Shown here piece after piece: positions 1 to 11,449 of a stretch of 64,000 nucleotides of DNA; within the stretch, counting starts at the first letter, position 1; each line of letters opens with the position of its first letter. This DNA comes from an uncultured Nitrososphaeraceae archaeon (GTDB lineage Archaea; Thermoproteota; Nitrososphaeria; Nitrososphaerales; Nitrososphaeraceae). The position numbers were made by a program, and so were the translations under genes. The stretch is taken from positions 96,001 to 160,000 of the forward strand of contig CAWGVG010000027.1 of the NCBI GenBank assembly GCA_963825865.1. Reading direction: 5' to 3'. Below the pieces are notes generated by a model. It was not told the DNA's origin and did no database searches. It saw only the letters and a list, made by a program, of their open reading frames with translations.

Positions 1-1
1 C

Positions 2-1783
2 ATTATCACCTTAATATTAATTGGAAGGTTGCTTGAAACGAGAACCAAAGAGCGTGCGTCTAATGCTGTAAGAAAGTTGCTTGACCTTCAGCCAAGAATG
101 GCCAAAGTCATAAGGGAAGGCGGAGGAGGAGTGGAAGTAGAGATTCCTATAGAACAGATACAACAAGGTGAAGTTATGGTCATAAGACCAGGAGAAAGAA
201 TACCAACGGATGGAATTGTAATAGAAGGTTCCTCTTCCATAGATGAATCCGCAATAACAGGTGAAAGTATTCCAATAGATAAGAAAAAGGAAGATCAAGT
301 TATAGGAGCAACAATTAACAAAAGTGGACTGCTAAAGGTTAAAGCTACAAAAATTGGGCAAGATACTGTACTTTCACAAATAATAACGCTAGTTGAAGAA
401 GCAAGGACAGGAAAGGCACAAATGCAAAGGTTAGTGGACCAAGTTGCTAAATACTTTGTTCCAGGAGTTTTAGCAATAGCAATAGGAGTAGGCCTCGGAT
501 GGTATTTTATTGGTGATATAGGACTGACATTTTCACTTTTGGCATTTGTATCTGTAATAATAATTGCATGCCCTTGTGCGCTGGGAATTGCAACGCCAGC
601 AGCATTGATGATGGGATCAGGAAAAGGAGCTGAAAATGGTATACTGTTCAAGGGAGGTGAATATTTAGAGATAGCAAAGAAAGTAAATACAATAGTCTTT
701 GACAAAACAGGAACTTTGACAAAAGGCAAGCCATCAGTAACTGACATAGTAGATTTGTCCGCTGGAATAATAGGTGAAACTGAACTACTCCGACTTACCG
801 CAATTGCAGAATCAGGATCAGAGCATCCTTTAGGTCAGGCAGTGGTTAATGACGCTAAAGAAAAAGGAATTATAGTATCAAATCCAGATTCATTTGAAGC
901 AGTATCTGGTCATGGCCTTAGAGCGACATATGCAGATCACACAATCCTTATTGGAAATAGAAAATTAATGGAAGATAACAACATTCCAGTTACCGAAGCT
1001 GTAGAGACTACCCTAAAACAGCTTGAAACTCAAGGTAAAACAGCTACTCTTGTTGCAGTTGATAATAAACTTGCAGGAATAATTGCACTTGCAGATACTA
1101 TAAAAGAAAATGCGAAAGAGACAATTGATATACTCACCAAATCAATGGGAATAAAAGTAGTGATGCTTACTGGAGATAATGAAAGAACTGCTAGAGCCGT
1201 TGCATCCAAACTTGGAATTGAAAGGGTTATTGCTCAAGTATTGCCACAACAAAAAGAACAGATAATCTCTAAGCTAAAAGGGAGTGAAGAAGAAGAAAAG
1301 ATAGTAGTGGCAATGGTAGGCGATGGAATTAATGATGCACCAGCATTAGCAAGAGCTGATCTAGGGATTGCAATAGGTTCTGGAACAGATGTTGCCAAAG
1401 AGACTGGAGGAATTATACTGATAAAAGATGATCTAAGGGATGTTGTGACAGCACTTGATTTAGGAAAGAAAACAGTGTCAAAAATAAAGCAAAACCTTTT
1501 CTGGGCATTTGCATATAATGCTGGATTGATTCCAATAGCTGGTGGTATATTAGTGCCTTTTATGGGGGTTGGGATATTTGGATGGCTTCCTATGCTTGCT
1601 GGTTTAGCAATGGCAATGAGCTCTGTAACAGTAGTTGGGAACTCAATATTGCTTGGAAGATACAAACCAAGGTTTGCAGTTAGTAGACGGTCAAGAAGGG
1701 AAGAAGAGGGAGAAATATCCTCTAAAGAAGATCTAAAACGAGTATATGCTCCAACGACGATGACAACAAAACAAACACAGTAA
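2..1783 (+). CDS. copA: Cu(I)-translocating P1B-type ATPase, 5' end outside the window
   Basis: TGES, CPC, DKTGT, SEHPL, TGD and GDGINDAP motifs; YN in TM7 and MAMSS in TM8. The frame is open from position 2. Confidence 0.95.
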   Translation: MITLILIGRLLETRTKERASNAVRKLLDLQPRMAKVIREGGGGVEVEIPIEQIQQGEVMVIRPGERIPTDGIVIEGSSSIDESAITGESIPIDKKKEDQVIGATINKSGLLKVKATKIGQDTVLSQIITLVEEARTGKAQMQRLVDQVAKYFVPGVLAIAIGVGLGWYFIGDIGLTFSLLAFVSVIIIACPCALGIATPAALMMGSGKGAENGILFKGGEYLEIAKKVNTIVFDKTGTLTKGKPSVTDIVDLSAGIIGETELLRLTAIAESGSEHPLGQAVVNDAKEKGIIVSNPDSFEAVSGHGLRATYADHTILIGNRKLMEDNNIPVTEAVETTLKQLETQGKTATLVAVDNKLAGIIALADTIKENAKETIDILTKSMGIKVVMLTGDNERTARAVASKLGIERVIAQVLPQQKEQIISKLKGSEEEEKIVVAMVGDGINDAPALARADLGIAIGSGTDVAKETGGIILIKDDLRDVVTALDLGKKTVSKIKQNLFWAFAYNAGLIPIAGGILVPFMGVGIFGWLPMLAGLAMAMSSVTVVGNSILLGRYKPRFAVSRRSRREEEGEISSKEDLKRVYAPTTMTTKQTQ

Positions 1784-2049
1784 AAGCAAAGTAAGTTACT
1801 TACAATTTATTTCTATAGATAGCCGTAGTAGCTCATAAACTTGTAGCCAGATTTTTTGTAACCTATCTTTTATTTTTTGTTTAATTACAAGAGATGGATC
1901 AAATTCTACTATGATACTATCTATCGTATAACCTGTATCTATTTTCTTGACTGATTTCTAGTTCTTTAGTTGCTTTTCTACAATTGATCATATATTAATT
2001 AATTAAATTACTTTAGGTCTTGTACCTCCGATTTTAATTGATAATACTT

Positions 2050-3013
2050 GGCTCTGTAGAAATCAACAATTTTTCTCATAAACACCAAAGCTTTGTAATA
2101 GCCTAATACAATATACCTGTTGAAAGAATCAAGATATATCAGATTAGCAAATACCATGTTACGTGTTTTAAGAAATACTAGAATAGCGCTATATCTCCAT
2201 AGAAAGAGTAATCACATATTCACGGTATGGCAACATATTGTATTACTTGCAATAAGACAATACGAAGGTAAAAGTTATAGAATGTTTGTGGAATGGCTAG
2301 TTGAAGCGTATTATCTCAGAATGTTTCTTCAGTTATCGCATATTCCACATTATACTACTCTTCAAAAGTTTGCTGCAAGAATAAATTGTACATTATTGGA
2401 GAAGATAATTTCATCGTTCATATATTGTTACTTAGCAATATCAAAAGATTATTCGTTGGCATAGATTCATCAGGATTCAAAGTAACGAAAGCTTCACAAT
2501 ATATTATACAGATAGAACAAAATTGAGAAAGAAATATGTTAAATTATCATTGGGTGCAGATATGTTGCAACAAATTATATGTACAATCAAAATCAGGCGT
2601 GCTCCTACAAGACATGATAACGTAGATTTTCGACCACTGATAACAAAGATAGCAAAAATCCTACCATTGTCAGTAGTTGTTGCTGACAGAGGATATGACA
2701 GTGAAGACAACCATCTTTTGGTAAGAGAAGACTTACATGCATTCAGTGTGATACCTGCAAGATATGAACATGTGCAGATATGGAGAACACATGGTAAATA
2801 TAGGAAACAGATGAAGCGCAGCTATTCCAAATTGTTGTACAATCAACGAAACAAGGATGAAACCATAATATCAGTCATAAAAAGATTATTTGGAGAACAC
2901 ATTACTTCAAGACTAGTGAGAACACAAAACAGGGAATTATCATTCAGATGTATAGCCTACAATACCCACAGATTAACCAACCTCATCATAATATTGATGG
3001 TTTCTACTGAACC
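2050..3013 (+). mobile_element. IS5-like insertion sequence
   Basis: Imperfect TIRs GGCTCTGTAGAAATCAACAAT (from 2050) and rc GGTTCAGTAGAAACCATCAAT (ending 3013). 9-bp target duplication ATAATACTT at 2041-2049 and 3014-3022. Confidence 0.92.
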
Positions 3014-3017
3014 ATAA
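2120..3017 (+). CDS. DDE transposase (IS5-like), split by a frameshift near 2420-2460
   Basis: ORFs 2120-2464 and 2523-3017 show IPHYTTLQKF, IDSSG (other frame), ADRGYDSE and YNQRNKDETIISVIKR motifs. Confidence 0.9.
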
Positions 3018-3029
3018 TACTTATATAAA

Positions 3030-3391
3030 ATGTTTAGAATGGTTTCTCTGATGATAAAGAACATCATATTGAGTGCAACTCTTCTTTCAGCAGTGTTAGC
3101 ATTATCTATGATAGCCAAAGCTGATTTGGGCGGCGCCCCTGCATTTGCACAATCAGCACCTAAGATGCACTTAGATCAAGGAATTAAAGCATTAGAAAGT
3201 GGCGATAATCAAGGAGCAAAGATGCACTTAAATGCAGCAGATCAGGCTCTAGCTGGCTCTTCTTCTTCTTCAGATCAATCCGCAAAGATGCACTTAGATC
3301 AAGGAATTAAAGCATTAGAAAGCGGCGATAATCAAGGAGCAAAGATGCACTTAAATGAGCAGATCAGGCTCTAGGTGGTACTAGTCAATAA
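3030..3391 (+). CDS. Small secreted helical protein with an internal duplication (four KMHL motifs)
   Basis: Signal peptide ending AFA-Q; near-identical repeat KMHLDQGIKALESGDNQGAKMHLN twice. A missing base near 3358 hides the likely C-terminus AADQALGGTSQ*. Confidence 0.75.
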
Positions 3392-3776
3392 AAACAGAGC
3401 ACATTTCGTCTGAGATCATAAATTGTTTTAGCATTTTTCATTTTTTATTCTTTCAAATACTAATAACCAGACAAAAAACGGAAAACATATGCCAAAGCAA
3501 CTTTCTTTGAACTTTTGCTTCATCTCTTTGTATGTCAAAGCTTTTAGTCATCAGCTCAACATCGACTGAAATTTTAGATTTATATCAGCAGGGAACTCCA
3601 CCTTATTTAGAAAATCTTAAAAGACATTCTTATTATTATTATTGTGGTATTATTTTTTAGAAGTGATTACATAGAGAATACAATTGATTTCACGTCGTCT
3701 TGCAAAAGTGATCAATTGGGCAACTGTGGTCAACATTCATTATCTTCTCGTTTAAATAAAAAATTTGAAAAAAAGC

Positions 3777-4373
3777 TTACCCACTATTTGTCGCGTTATT
3801 GAAAGCAGCAAAGGAATTCATTTCATATCTGAATGCATCTGACAAAAGTTGTGTTGATACATCGTTTTCTGCAGAATTACCAGAAACTAAAAAATTCCGA
3901 AAATGCTTGTAGCTTTCAATTTCTGACTGAAGTGATTTGATGTATAAATCAAGAGCTTGAATGTATTTTCCATTTGTAGGCTGCAAAGCTTCTGCTTTGT
4001 AGACTAATTGCTGAAACTTCGGTAGGTAATTATCGGTAACAGAAATCATCGTCTTATTATCGTATTGTTTTGTTTGCCATTTGCCAATTTCTTTCTGATA
4101 ATTTTGAGTCAACAAATGTGAATTGTTAATAAGCATCTCATATGATTCGTGAAAAGCCCGTGCCATATTGTTATTACTTGCTATTTTCGTGTTTGTTAAT
4201 ATAGAGAATTTTAACTTCTCTGCCATCGCTTGAGGTTGATAAATAATACTAGTAGATAACAAAGAAAATAGCAATACTGCAAATAGGATTGGAAAAAAAT
4301 ATGACAATGAAAAGTTGAGGAGGATTTTGCTACTGACTTTTCGTTGCCTTTTATACATACGTATTAGTAACAA
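3777..4373 (-). CDS. Hypothetical secreted or membrane-anchored helical protein
   Basis: 198-aa ORF with an N-terminal hydrophobic segment. Confidence 0.7.
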   Translation of the reverse strand: MLLIRMYKRQRKVSSKILLNFSLSYFFPILFAVLLFSLLSTSIIYQPQAMAEKLKFSILTNTKIASNNNMARAFHESYEMLINNSHLLTQNYQKEIGKWQTKQYDNKTMISVTDNYLPKFQQLVYKAEALQPTNGKYIQALDLYIKSLQSEIESYKHFRNFLVSGNSAENDVSTQLLSDAFRYEMNSFAAFNNATNSG

Positions 4374-4938
4374 TACTATTATGAGATGTATTTTTAGGTT
4401 TTCTATCTGTGCATATTATCATTTGATACAGAACTGGGACTTGATTTGCTTCTCCTGGAGCAGGTACTGCTAGTGACTGCACTAAATGATGCTATATGTA
4501 AAACCATATTTCTTCTGCACTTGTATTTAGTTGAATTCTTGTAGGGTTCACAGTTATCTCAATACTCCTCTAGCCATTGGAGGATATTCTATAGGTGTCA
4601 TCAATACTTGCATCGATTTTTTTACTACACTTTTTATCATTTTATTTGCATTCTATTTAGAGTCTATTTACTTGCTTACCATTGGCATAGCATGACCCTT
4701 CCTGTAATTTTATGAGACCCTAGTCTAATACTTCAAATTGTTCCTTCCTTTCTTCAGTCGTACTTTTTGTATAATTTCGAAGAATTACATAAAATATATC
4801 TTTTATACAGAAGAAATTTATCGGAGAATATCAATTCCTGTCAATTCACTAAGATATCCATCTTATCATTTTAGTTCAGAGCTTTTTTATAAATAAAGAT
4901 ATTATAATATCAGTGTAATGAAATATTTTGATTTTGAT

Positions 4939-4982
4939 TTGACTGCAGTTACTGCAGTTACTGCAAAAGTGACTGCAGTCAA
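4939..4982. repeat. ACTGCAGTT-type iterated palindrome forming a 15-bp inverted repeat
   Basis: TTGACTGCAGTTACT and AGTGACTGCAGTCAA match at 14/15, with four ACTGCA units in total. Confidence 0.7.
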
Positions 4983-5021
4983 TGGAACAATATTACTGAA
5001 AGTTTTCAGAGGTGAATATAT

Positions 5022-6090
5022 TTGACAGGGAAGAAAGAAGATTGGCTCTGTCCTCACTGTCACCAACGCTCCCACAGACATTGGAATATGAAGACTCATA
5101 TTAAGAGAAAACATGATGCAATAGGACAACCCATAAAAGCAGGATCCTCAACTTTCAATAACAATACTAATAGTAGTCAATTTGTTTCTGATACGATGGA
5201 TTATGTTAAAAAGGATAACTGTGCATACAACAAACCTTCCTTCTTTTCAAGAGTGCCCCAGAAGGAAGAGTCCCAAAATACAGATCTAATTGATAACATG
5301 CTTCCATGGATCCGTAAATGGAATGAATGTCTACGTGAATGCGTTGAATTTAATGATTTATCAAGACGGCTATCTTCAAATCCTTCACAATTAGCTGCTA
5401 TGATGGGGAATATACCTATCTCCTCATCGCTACCTTCTTCGTTATCAAATCTTAATTTTCAAACTAATAACAATATGATGAATAACAATAGGCTACCTAT
5501 TGGATATAAAGTTCGATTGTGCAATAGGTGTTTACCAGGTAATAGGCTTGAGCCAATATTGGCTTCTTCCCTAGAAATGGAAGCTCTAACAAAAATTAAC
5601 CATATCTGTGAGGCAGAAAGTCCTGTATCCTCAATACAACAAGAACATGTAAAAAATAGTCCAACAAATATCATAAATGATGCACAGGTAAATTTAGTTT
5701 CTTATTTGATACAGGTTGTCAATATGAGAATTGGTCGGAAAGAAGGAGAAGCAGTAGGAGTAGATGTACATTTAAAAGCTCAGGAATTAAACAGTCCTAA
5801 ACTTCTATTACAGCATATGGGAAACAAAAAATTGCCCGAAAATAAATCGTGGATTAAAGAAGAAGACTATATTGATCTAGGCAACATAAGTCATAGTAAT
5901 AATGTGGAAAATGAAAAAAACTGGGCCTATCGTGTAATTAAAGAAGAAGGAGTCTATAAAAATGATAAAAATTAACAAGTATGAATTAACGGATTTTGTA
6001 AAAATTGCAAAGGCAACTTTTGGAGTATTTCAAGTTCAATTAGATGATGGAGGGGGCAAACGTTACTTTCTTATATCTATCAAATTTTAG
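5022..6090 (+). CDS. Hypothetical protein with an N-terminal C2H2 zinc finger; frameshift near 5960
   Basis: CPHC-x12-H-x4-H and a second CNRC...H motif. The C-terminus continues in another frame (ELTDFVKIAKATFGVF...IKF*). Confidence 0.75.
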
Positions 6091-6154
6091 ACACATCTCA
6101 GCCACTATTATTAACCATAATAGTGTCTAACTGGGTACTTGAAGTAGTATCTTA

Positions 6155-6174
6155 TTCGATGGATGTACTACAAA
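6155..6174 (+). promoter_or_regulatory. Shared upstream motif, copy 1 (TTCGATGGATGTACTACAAA)
   Basis: 16 of 20 positions are invariant across this copy and those at 10806-10825(-) and 14455-14474(+). Confidence 0.65.
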
Positions 6175-6190
6175 AATAATATACTAAAAA

Positions 6191-7263
6191 ATGGTAGTAG
6201 CTATCATCGTGATGAGATCACTTCACAGAGAGGATATTTTATCCTTTATTTCGATTGTTATGGTTGTTTTTTCATTAATATCAGGATCATTTTGGACCAA
6301 ACAGCCAGCATTTGGAGATGGTTTAACGCAAGAACAATTATCGGCTTCCTTAGGAGATAGAAAAGCTGACTTACTCATCAAAATGACTCCTGCTGTTGTT
6401 ACGACAGAAACCTTACAAAAGGGTCAAAAACCCATTGTTGAATTTCGATTGTTTGATTCAAATTCAAATGAGTCTTTTACCCATGTGACATATTATATTA
6501 TTTTAGAGAAAGATGGTAAAAGGTTGCTCACAGATATATTCCACGATCATAACGGTGACCTGAAAATTCAGATAAACCCCAATAATACCAGTAAAACGGC
6601 TATTAGTGGAGGAGAACAGGATCCTCTATTGGGTACGTGGATTGGAACACAAACTAATCCTGTAATTGTGTCAGGTCCAATCTTTCTAAATGGTGGGTTG
6701 TATCACTTTATAGTGAGAATAGAAACAGTAGATTCTGACTATACACTACTGCCAGACAACCAAGAGCCAATCTATGACAGTTGGTTAAGTATTGGGAATA
6801 CGGAAAATAAGCAAATAAACATAGATGGCAAACAGATTCCGATTAAGGTCATATCTTACTACGATAAATTAAAAAATTTGGAATTTAATAACAAAAATAT
6901 GCAAATGAAATTTGATATGCCATTTAACTGGAATTTAAGCAGGCTAAATAAAGCTAGTATTTTTGTTCATGAAGAGATCATATGTACCTAAACCAAATGC
7001 CTTTACCACTAAGGGATCTTCACTGGAACAGTAAATGGCATTGATATTTCAAAAAGTATTATACTGGACAACTCGAATCCTGACAAGGATATAATTCATG
7101 TTATGTTGCCAAAGAGTATATAATTCATATTGCAGATCAAGTGAGCAACAGCGGACAGGCATCTAGTGGACTGATGAATTTTACCTTGCAACCTGGAATA
7201 GGTTCGATGAAGGGTTCAATGGGACCAATGTCTTCAGGTTCATCAATGGGATCCATGTCTTAA
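6191..7263 (+). CDS. Secreted thaumarchaeal surface-protein domain (N-terminal part of a PEFG-CTERM-associated family) with a Met-rich tail; frameshifts near 6980-7130
   Basis: Signal peptide; HVTY, FHDHNG and FVHEE motifs. The downstream frame ends GSMKGSMGPMSSGSSMGSMS*. Confidence 0.75.
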
Positions 7264-7317
7264 TGAAGTGGTGGTTGTAAGTGAACCATTTGCGTATTTT
7301 GGCATTCTCTTCTGACC

Positions 7318-7909
7318 ATGCCAACTCACTATGCATCGTTGTTGTTCATAATTATGATGGCAATTATTGTTATTGTTATTTTATCTCTAAATAATGCTCG
7401 CTCTTGGACAAACTTCTTCTTCCTCTTCTTCTGGTAACAGAACACAAACATGGATAGATAAATTAAACAATCTCAAGATCCAGTTTGCATATTCACCAGA
7501 AAATCCTGGAATAGATACACCTACTGAATTAAAGTTTAATGTACTGAATCTACAAACAGGTAGCCATTTGAAAAATCTCTCTGCAAGGATTGTTGTAATA
7601 TCTAATTCTGGAGGACAACAAAGATCTTTTAAATTTACTAATATATCGGCCCCTGACGGTGATTTCTCTGTAAAATATCTATTTCCGGATTCAGGCTCAT
7701 ATCAGGTCATATCTAAAATAGATTCAAAAGATTCTCCTACTTTAGTATCATTCAATGTCTTTGTTCCATTTCAGCCACTTGGTACCATAAATGCGAGTAA
7801 TTTGAATCCGTTGATTCTTCCTGCATTACTAGCAGGAATAATCGGTACTATAGTTGTAGTAACTTTGGTATGGAAAAGTAAAAAGAAAGAAAAGAAATAC
7901 AATCTGTAA
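7318..7909 (+). CDS. Membrane-anchored Ig-like (YtkA/FixH-like) protein; frameshift near 7398
   Basis: Signal peptide in the upstream frame; IQFAYSPENP...FPDSGSYQV beta-sandwich pattern; C-terminal TM followed by a basic tail. Confidence 0.7.
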
Positions 7910-8036
7910 TGATTAGATTGCCTGCATGCTATAGACGATATCAAACAAGAAGACAAAAAGAGAAACATGACGAGAAAATAAGGAAACTTGAAGAGAGATA
8001 CGTTATTCTTTATATGATGTACATCGTAATTTACGT

Positions 8037-8513
8037 ATGTCATTGACGAAGTTTCCTATCTTGCTTTTGATAATTATCATGAGTTTTTTCTCATTAATAT
8101 TATTTTTCACTATTACAAACAGTATTATATTTTCTAATTTCACTATTATTATTGCTCATGCTCATCTGTATAGCAATATAACTCAAGTATGGACAGACAA
8201 GTTAAACAATATTAAAATCCAGTTTTCCTATTTGCCTGAAAAGCCAACAGCAGAAGATACAACTCAATTACAGTTTAGTATGCAGAATTTACAAACTGGC
8301 AGTCATTTAAAGGACCTTACTGCAAAAGTAACAATATTTAATGATCCAATATACAGGTATGATAATATTACCGTCACTGATGGTGACTTTTCTATAAGGC
8401 GTTTGTTTCTGGACTCTGGTATGCATCAAGTCATTCTTAAAGTATCCTCAAAAGATTACTCCTTAGCATTGGCTTCATTTAACATCTCTGTACCTATAGC
8501 CTATTCAGAATAG
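8037..8513 (+). CDS. Secreted Ig-like protein, tandem paralogue of the preceding gene, with predicted N-terminal His
   Basis: Shares DKLNN.KIQF, NLQTGSHLK and DGDFS with 7318-7909; signal peptide ends AHA-H. Confidence 0.75.
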   Translation: MSLTKFPILLLIIIMSFFSLILFFTITNSIIFSNFTIIIAHAHLYSNITQVWTDKLNNIKIQFSYLPEKPTAEDTTQLQFSMQNLQTGSHLKDLTAKVTIFNDPIYRYDNITVTDGDFSIRRLFLDSGMHQVILKVSSKDYSLALASFNISVPIAYSE

Positions 8514-8616
8514 TGTTGTTAATAACTGGTAGCAGTAATCTTAAGTGTTATGTGTAGTTGCTTGGTCTAGTTTCTTCCTGCGGTGGTGGATGTTAAGGAA
8601 AAAACAAAGAAAAAGA

Positions 8617-9324
8617 TCATAATCCCTGTGGAAAGTCGTAGCTTGAAGGTATGTTGCCAGGTGGCTTGCCAAACACTAGTGCAATTTCATCGTGTGCATG
8701 TAGTTGATTTCTCTATAATATATTCCATTTATTTTCTGGCCATTAACGTATACGTCAGGAGTATTTTTTCCACCGAATAAACTAGCAAATTCCGACGAAT
8801 TGTTCAATTTTTTGCTCCATATATCAAAGAACTGACCCAGAGTAAAATCTCTTTTTACAGGTGATTCTATATGTATGATGCCAGTTACATCGTGAGTGTG
8901 CCAGCCAATAGATACATTTGTCAGGAATGATCCCGATTTGCGGTGGAATGTATATGAGCTGACCGTTGACAAAGATATCAAGATGAGCATGTATATGAAA
9001 TAGAAGTTGCTCGTTTGTATTACATTGAATGCCATCTACCGTTAAGGCGGATGCTGATGTTGCTGATGTATTTGGCCCTCCACTATGATATACTCCAATA
9101 TATGCAGCAGCAACTGCAACAGCCAAGATACTAATACCAATTACTATGATAATCGATTTTTTAGAATATTTCCATGAGCTTTTTTTATTATCAGATTTTT
9201 TTATTACCCTTGCAGTATCATTTACAGTATCATGTACATCACGTTTGTGTCGATCCAGTTGTTTTCTGGATTCAAAAGATTTTCCACATAAACCACATCT
9301 TGACTCTTCCTTGTTTTTTACCAT
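8617..9324 (-). CDS. C2H2 finger + TM + His-rich extracellular putative metal-binding domain; two frameshifts
   Basis: CGLC...H...H finger, then a TM helix. Reconstructed outer domain reads HIHAHL, CIYWLHTHDVTGIIHIE, FTLGQFFDIW, LHAHDEI, ending DFPQGL*. Confidence 0.8.
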
Positions 9325-9970
9325 GGCTTCATATCAACCTGCGATGCACTACTAATGCAGTTGTTATGTAGTAACAGTCTTTAATAATATATATTGTAAA
9401 CATCTATGAAGTAAATGGTACATAGTCATTCTTTCTTCTTTTTGACACTCTTTATTTCAACATCAAACTTTCAATCTGTTTAAGATATTGTCCTACATCT
9501 AAATTATCATTATAACTACCATACTTCAATCCTCTACTGTAAGATGAAAAATTAACAACAAAATCTACAGACTCGTTTATTTGTATTTTTGAGGACGAAA
9601 GGAAGAGGAAGAGTGAAGAAAGGAAATACAATATGTAACTAGATTTATGTATCTACTTTGAATACATGTATATAAATCGACCAAGTTAACTAGAATGTTC
9701 TAGAAAAACATTATTCAGCTTGTTTCTTCATTTTGTTTGCAATAAAATGCCCACTGCCCATAACAATATGTTTTGCAAATATATGTAAATGCCTTCAGAA
9801 TAAATCTCTTCAGAGTTTTCTTGCTAATGATATTGGATCATGAAAAAGAAAGTTTATAGCACATAAAGATAATACTTTGAATTTATCTTATTAACGATGT
9901 AATATTATAATCCTCTCATCTTCTAAAATAGAAGTAGTAAAATAGATAATGTGTGTGGATAAAACTACAG

Positions 9971-10770
9971 TTATGATAAATTAAAGGCTGCTTTGAGACT
10001 AGGCTGAATTGTATTATCTATTAACGTTACAACTGAGTCATATGGTGCCTTTGAGTCGATATCACTCTTTAGTGTTGACAAGCCACTACCCAGTTTGGCA
10101 ATGGCAGAAGTTGTAGTTGACGTTGCATTAGCAGGTATGAGTTGTTTTGCTTCATTGAACATTTCTTGAGCCTTGGTTGCTATCGCCTGAGCGCTTTGAT
10201 AATTTGCCATATTTACTATAGTATTATGACCTACAGACCCTTTTCCTTCTTCGATTCCATAAGCCTCTCTGTACCGTTCTAGAGTTTCATTTACAATATC
10301 GCCAACAGCTTGGCCTTTGACTGTAGAGTTATTCAATTGACTTTTCTCAACACGCACACCAATAGCCTCTTGTAAGAGGGCATCAATGTTATCGACTTTT
10401 CCCTTAATTGCTGCCTCTGTAGATGCGGGCTTTGATTTGACTATGTTTTGCAGATCAGCTATCGCCCTAGTCAAGTCATTTGCAACTAGTTTGTTTCTTT
10501 CTGTAAGCTCCTTTGTAGTGTTTGCATCGAGATGTTCAGCAACTGCTTGCGCATGTTCTTGAGCTGAAGTCACATTTGAAGAGGCGATATTGGCTTGCAC
10601 TAAATGTGAGTCAGCTTGTAATATTTTAACTAGTGCAAGAAATGCTCACTTTCTCCTCCAGAAAAGGTATGAGCATATGCGGCATGGTTAAAAGGGAATA
10701 TTACTACTAGTCCTATAGAAATAATTCCTGCAAATAATAATGCAAGAACTGTTGATGTAATTTTTTTCAT
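9971..10770 (-). CDS. Secreted alpha-helical protein with predicted N-terminal His; frameshift near 10645
   Basis: ATG at 10770 gives MKKITSTVLALLFAGIISIGLVVIFPFNHAAYA-HTFSGG, joining ORF 9971-10600 (SH, EHA, EHL, NMANYQSAQA). Confidence 0.8.
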
Positions 10771-10805
10771 TGATATACTATTTGTAGTTTTTAATCATAA
10801 AATAC

Positions 10806-10825
10806 TTTGTGGTACATCAATCGAA
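10806..10825 (-). promoter_or_regulatory. Shared upstream motif, copy 2 (TTCGATTGATGTACCACAAA)
   Basis: 35 bp upstream of the ATG at 10770 and co-oriented with that gene. Confidence 0.65.
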
Positions 10826-10874
10826 TTGTAATGGCTACATATAATCAATGGAAATATAACATGCTAATACTCTA

Positions 10875-11447
10875 TTACTTTTTCCTAGCAAATACATATA
10901 TGGAGATACCTGCAATGGCTGCCGTAACAGGCGTAACATAATAAAGCATTAGTTGACTAAAAGGTATTTTTATCTTGTAAGCATTATTATTGCCTACGGA
11001 AACATCAAAGTCTGATACTAGTGGATTGTCTTGATACTTTGAGTCTCCGTTTATTCTAGCCTCAAAGGTTGCTATATAGTCTGTATTATTTCTAAATTTG
11101 TATGGAAAAGTAATGTCACTAAATTCATAGAATTTGTAAGGAACTTGTTCAACTACTTTACCTGTATTCTTTTCCTTTATAGCCAAGGCTGCGTATACAT
11201 TATTGACATTTGCACTATCTTTGTCAAGAATACTAAAGTTTAGGGTAGAATTTTCATTAGCTGCAGGAACAATTGGAAGTGGTTGAAATACTATCTGATA
11301 ATTATCGACATTCTTTGATATTCCAAAGAAGTGTGCATAGGCAACATTAACTTGGTTAGAGAAACAGGTATAAGTAACAAGTAGTAACCCCAAGGTTACA
11401 ACACCAATTATTATTACTATACCTAGAGTCAAAATTACTTTAGTCAT
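10875..11447 (-). CDS. Membrane-anchored Ig-like protein with predicted N-terminal His
   Basis: MTKVIL... signal peptide ending AYA-HFFG; C-terminal TM followed by RKK. Confidence 0.8.
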   Translation of the reverse strand: MTKVILTLGIVIIIGVVTLGLLLVTYTCFSNQVNVAYAHFFGISKNVDNYQIVFQPLPIVPAANENSTLNFSILDKDSANVNNVYAALAIKEKNTGKVVEQVPYKFYEFSDITFPYKFRNNTDYIATFEARINGDSKYQDNPLVSDFDVSVGNNNAYKIKIPFSQLMLYYVTPVTAAIAGISIYVFARKK

Positions 11448-11449
11448 TT

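Noticed and set aside
17-1665. Antisense ORFs over copA, and similar ones over lig, fttA, lysS, hom and rpoK
   Set aside because: Shadow ORFs on well-supported genes, with no recognisable motifs.
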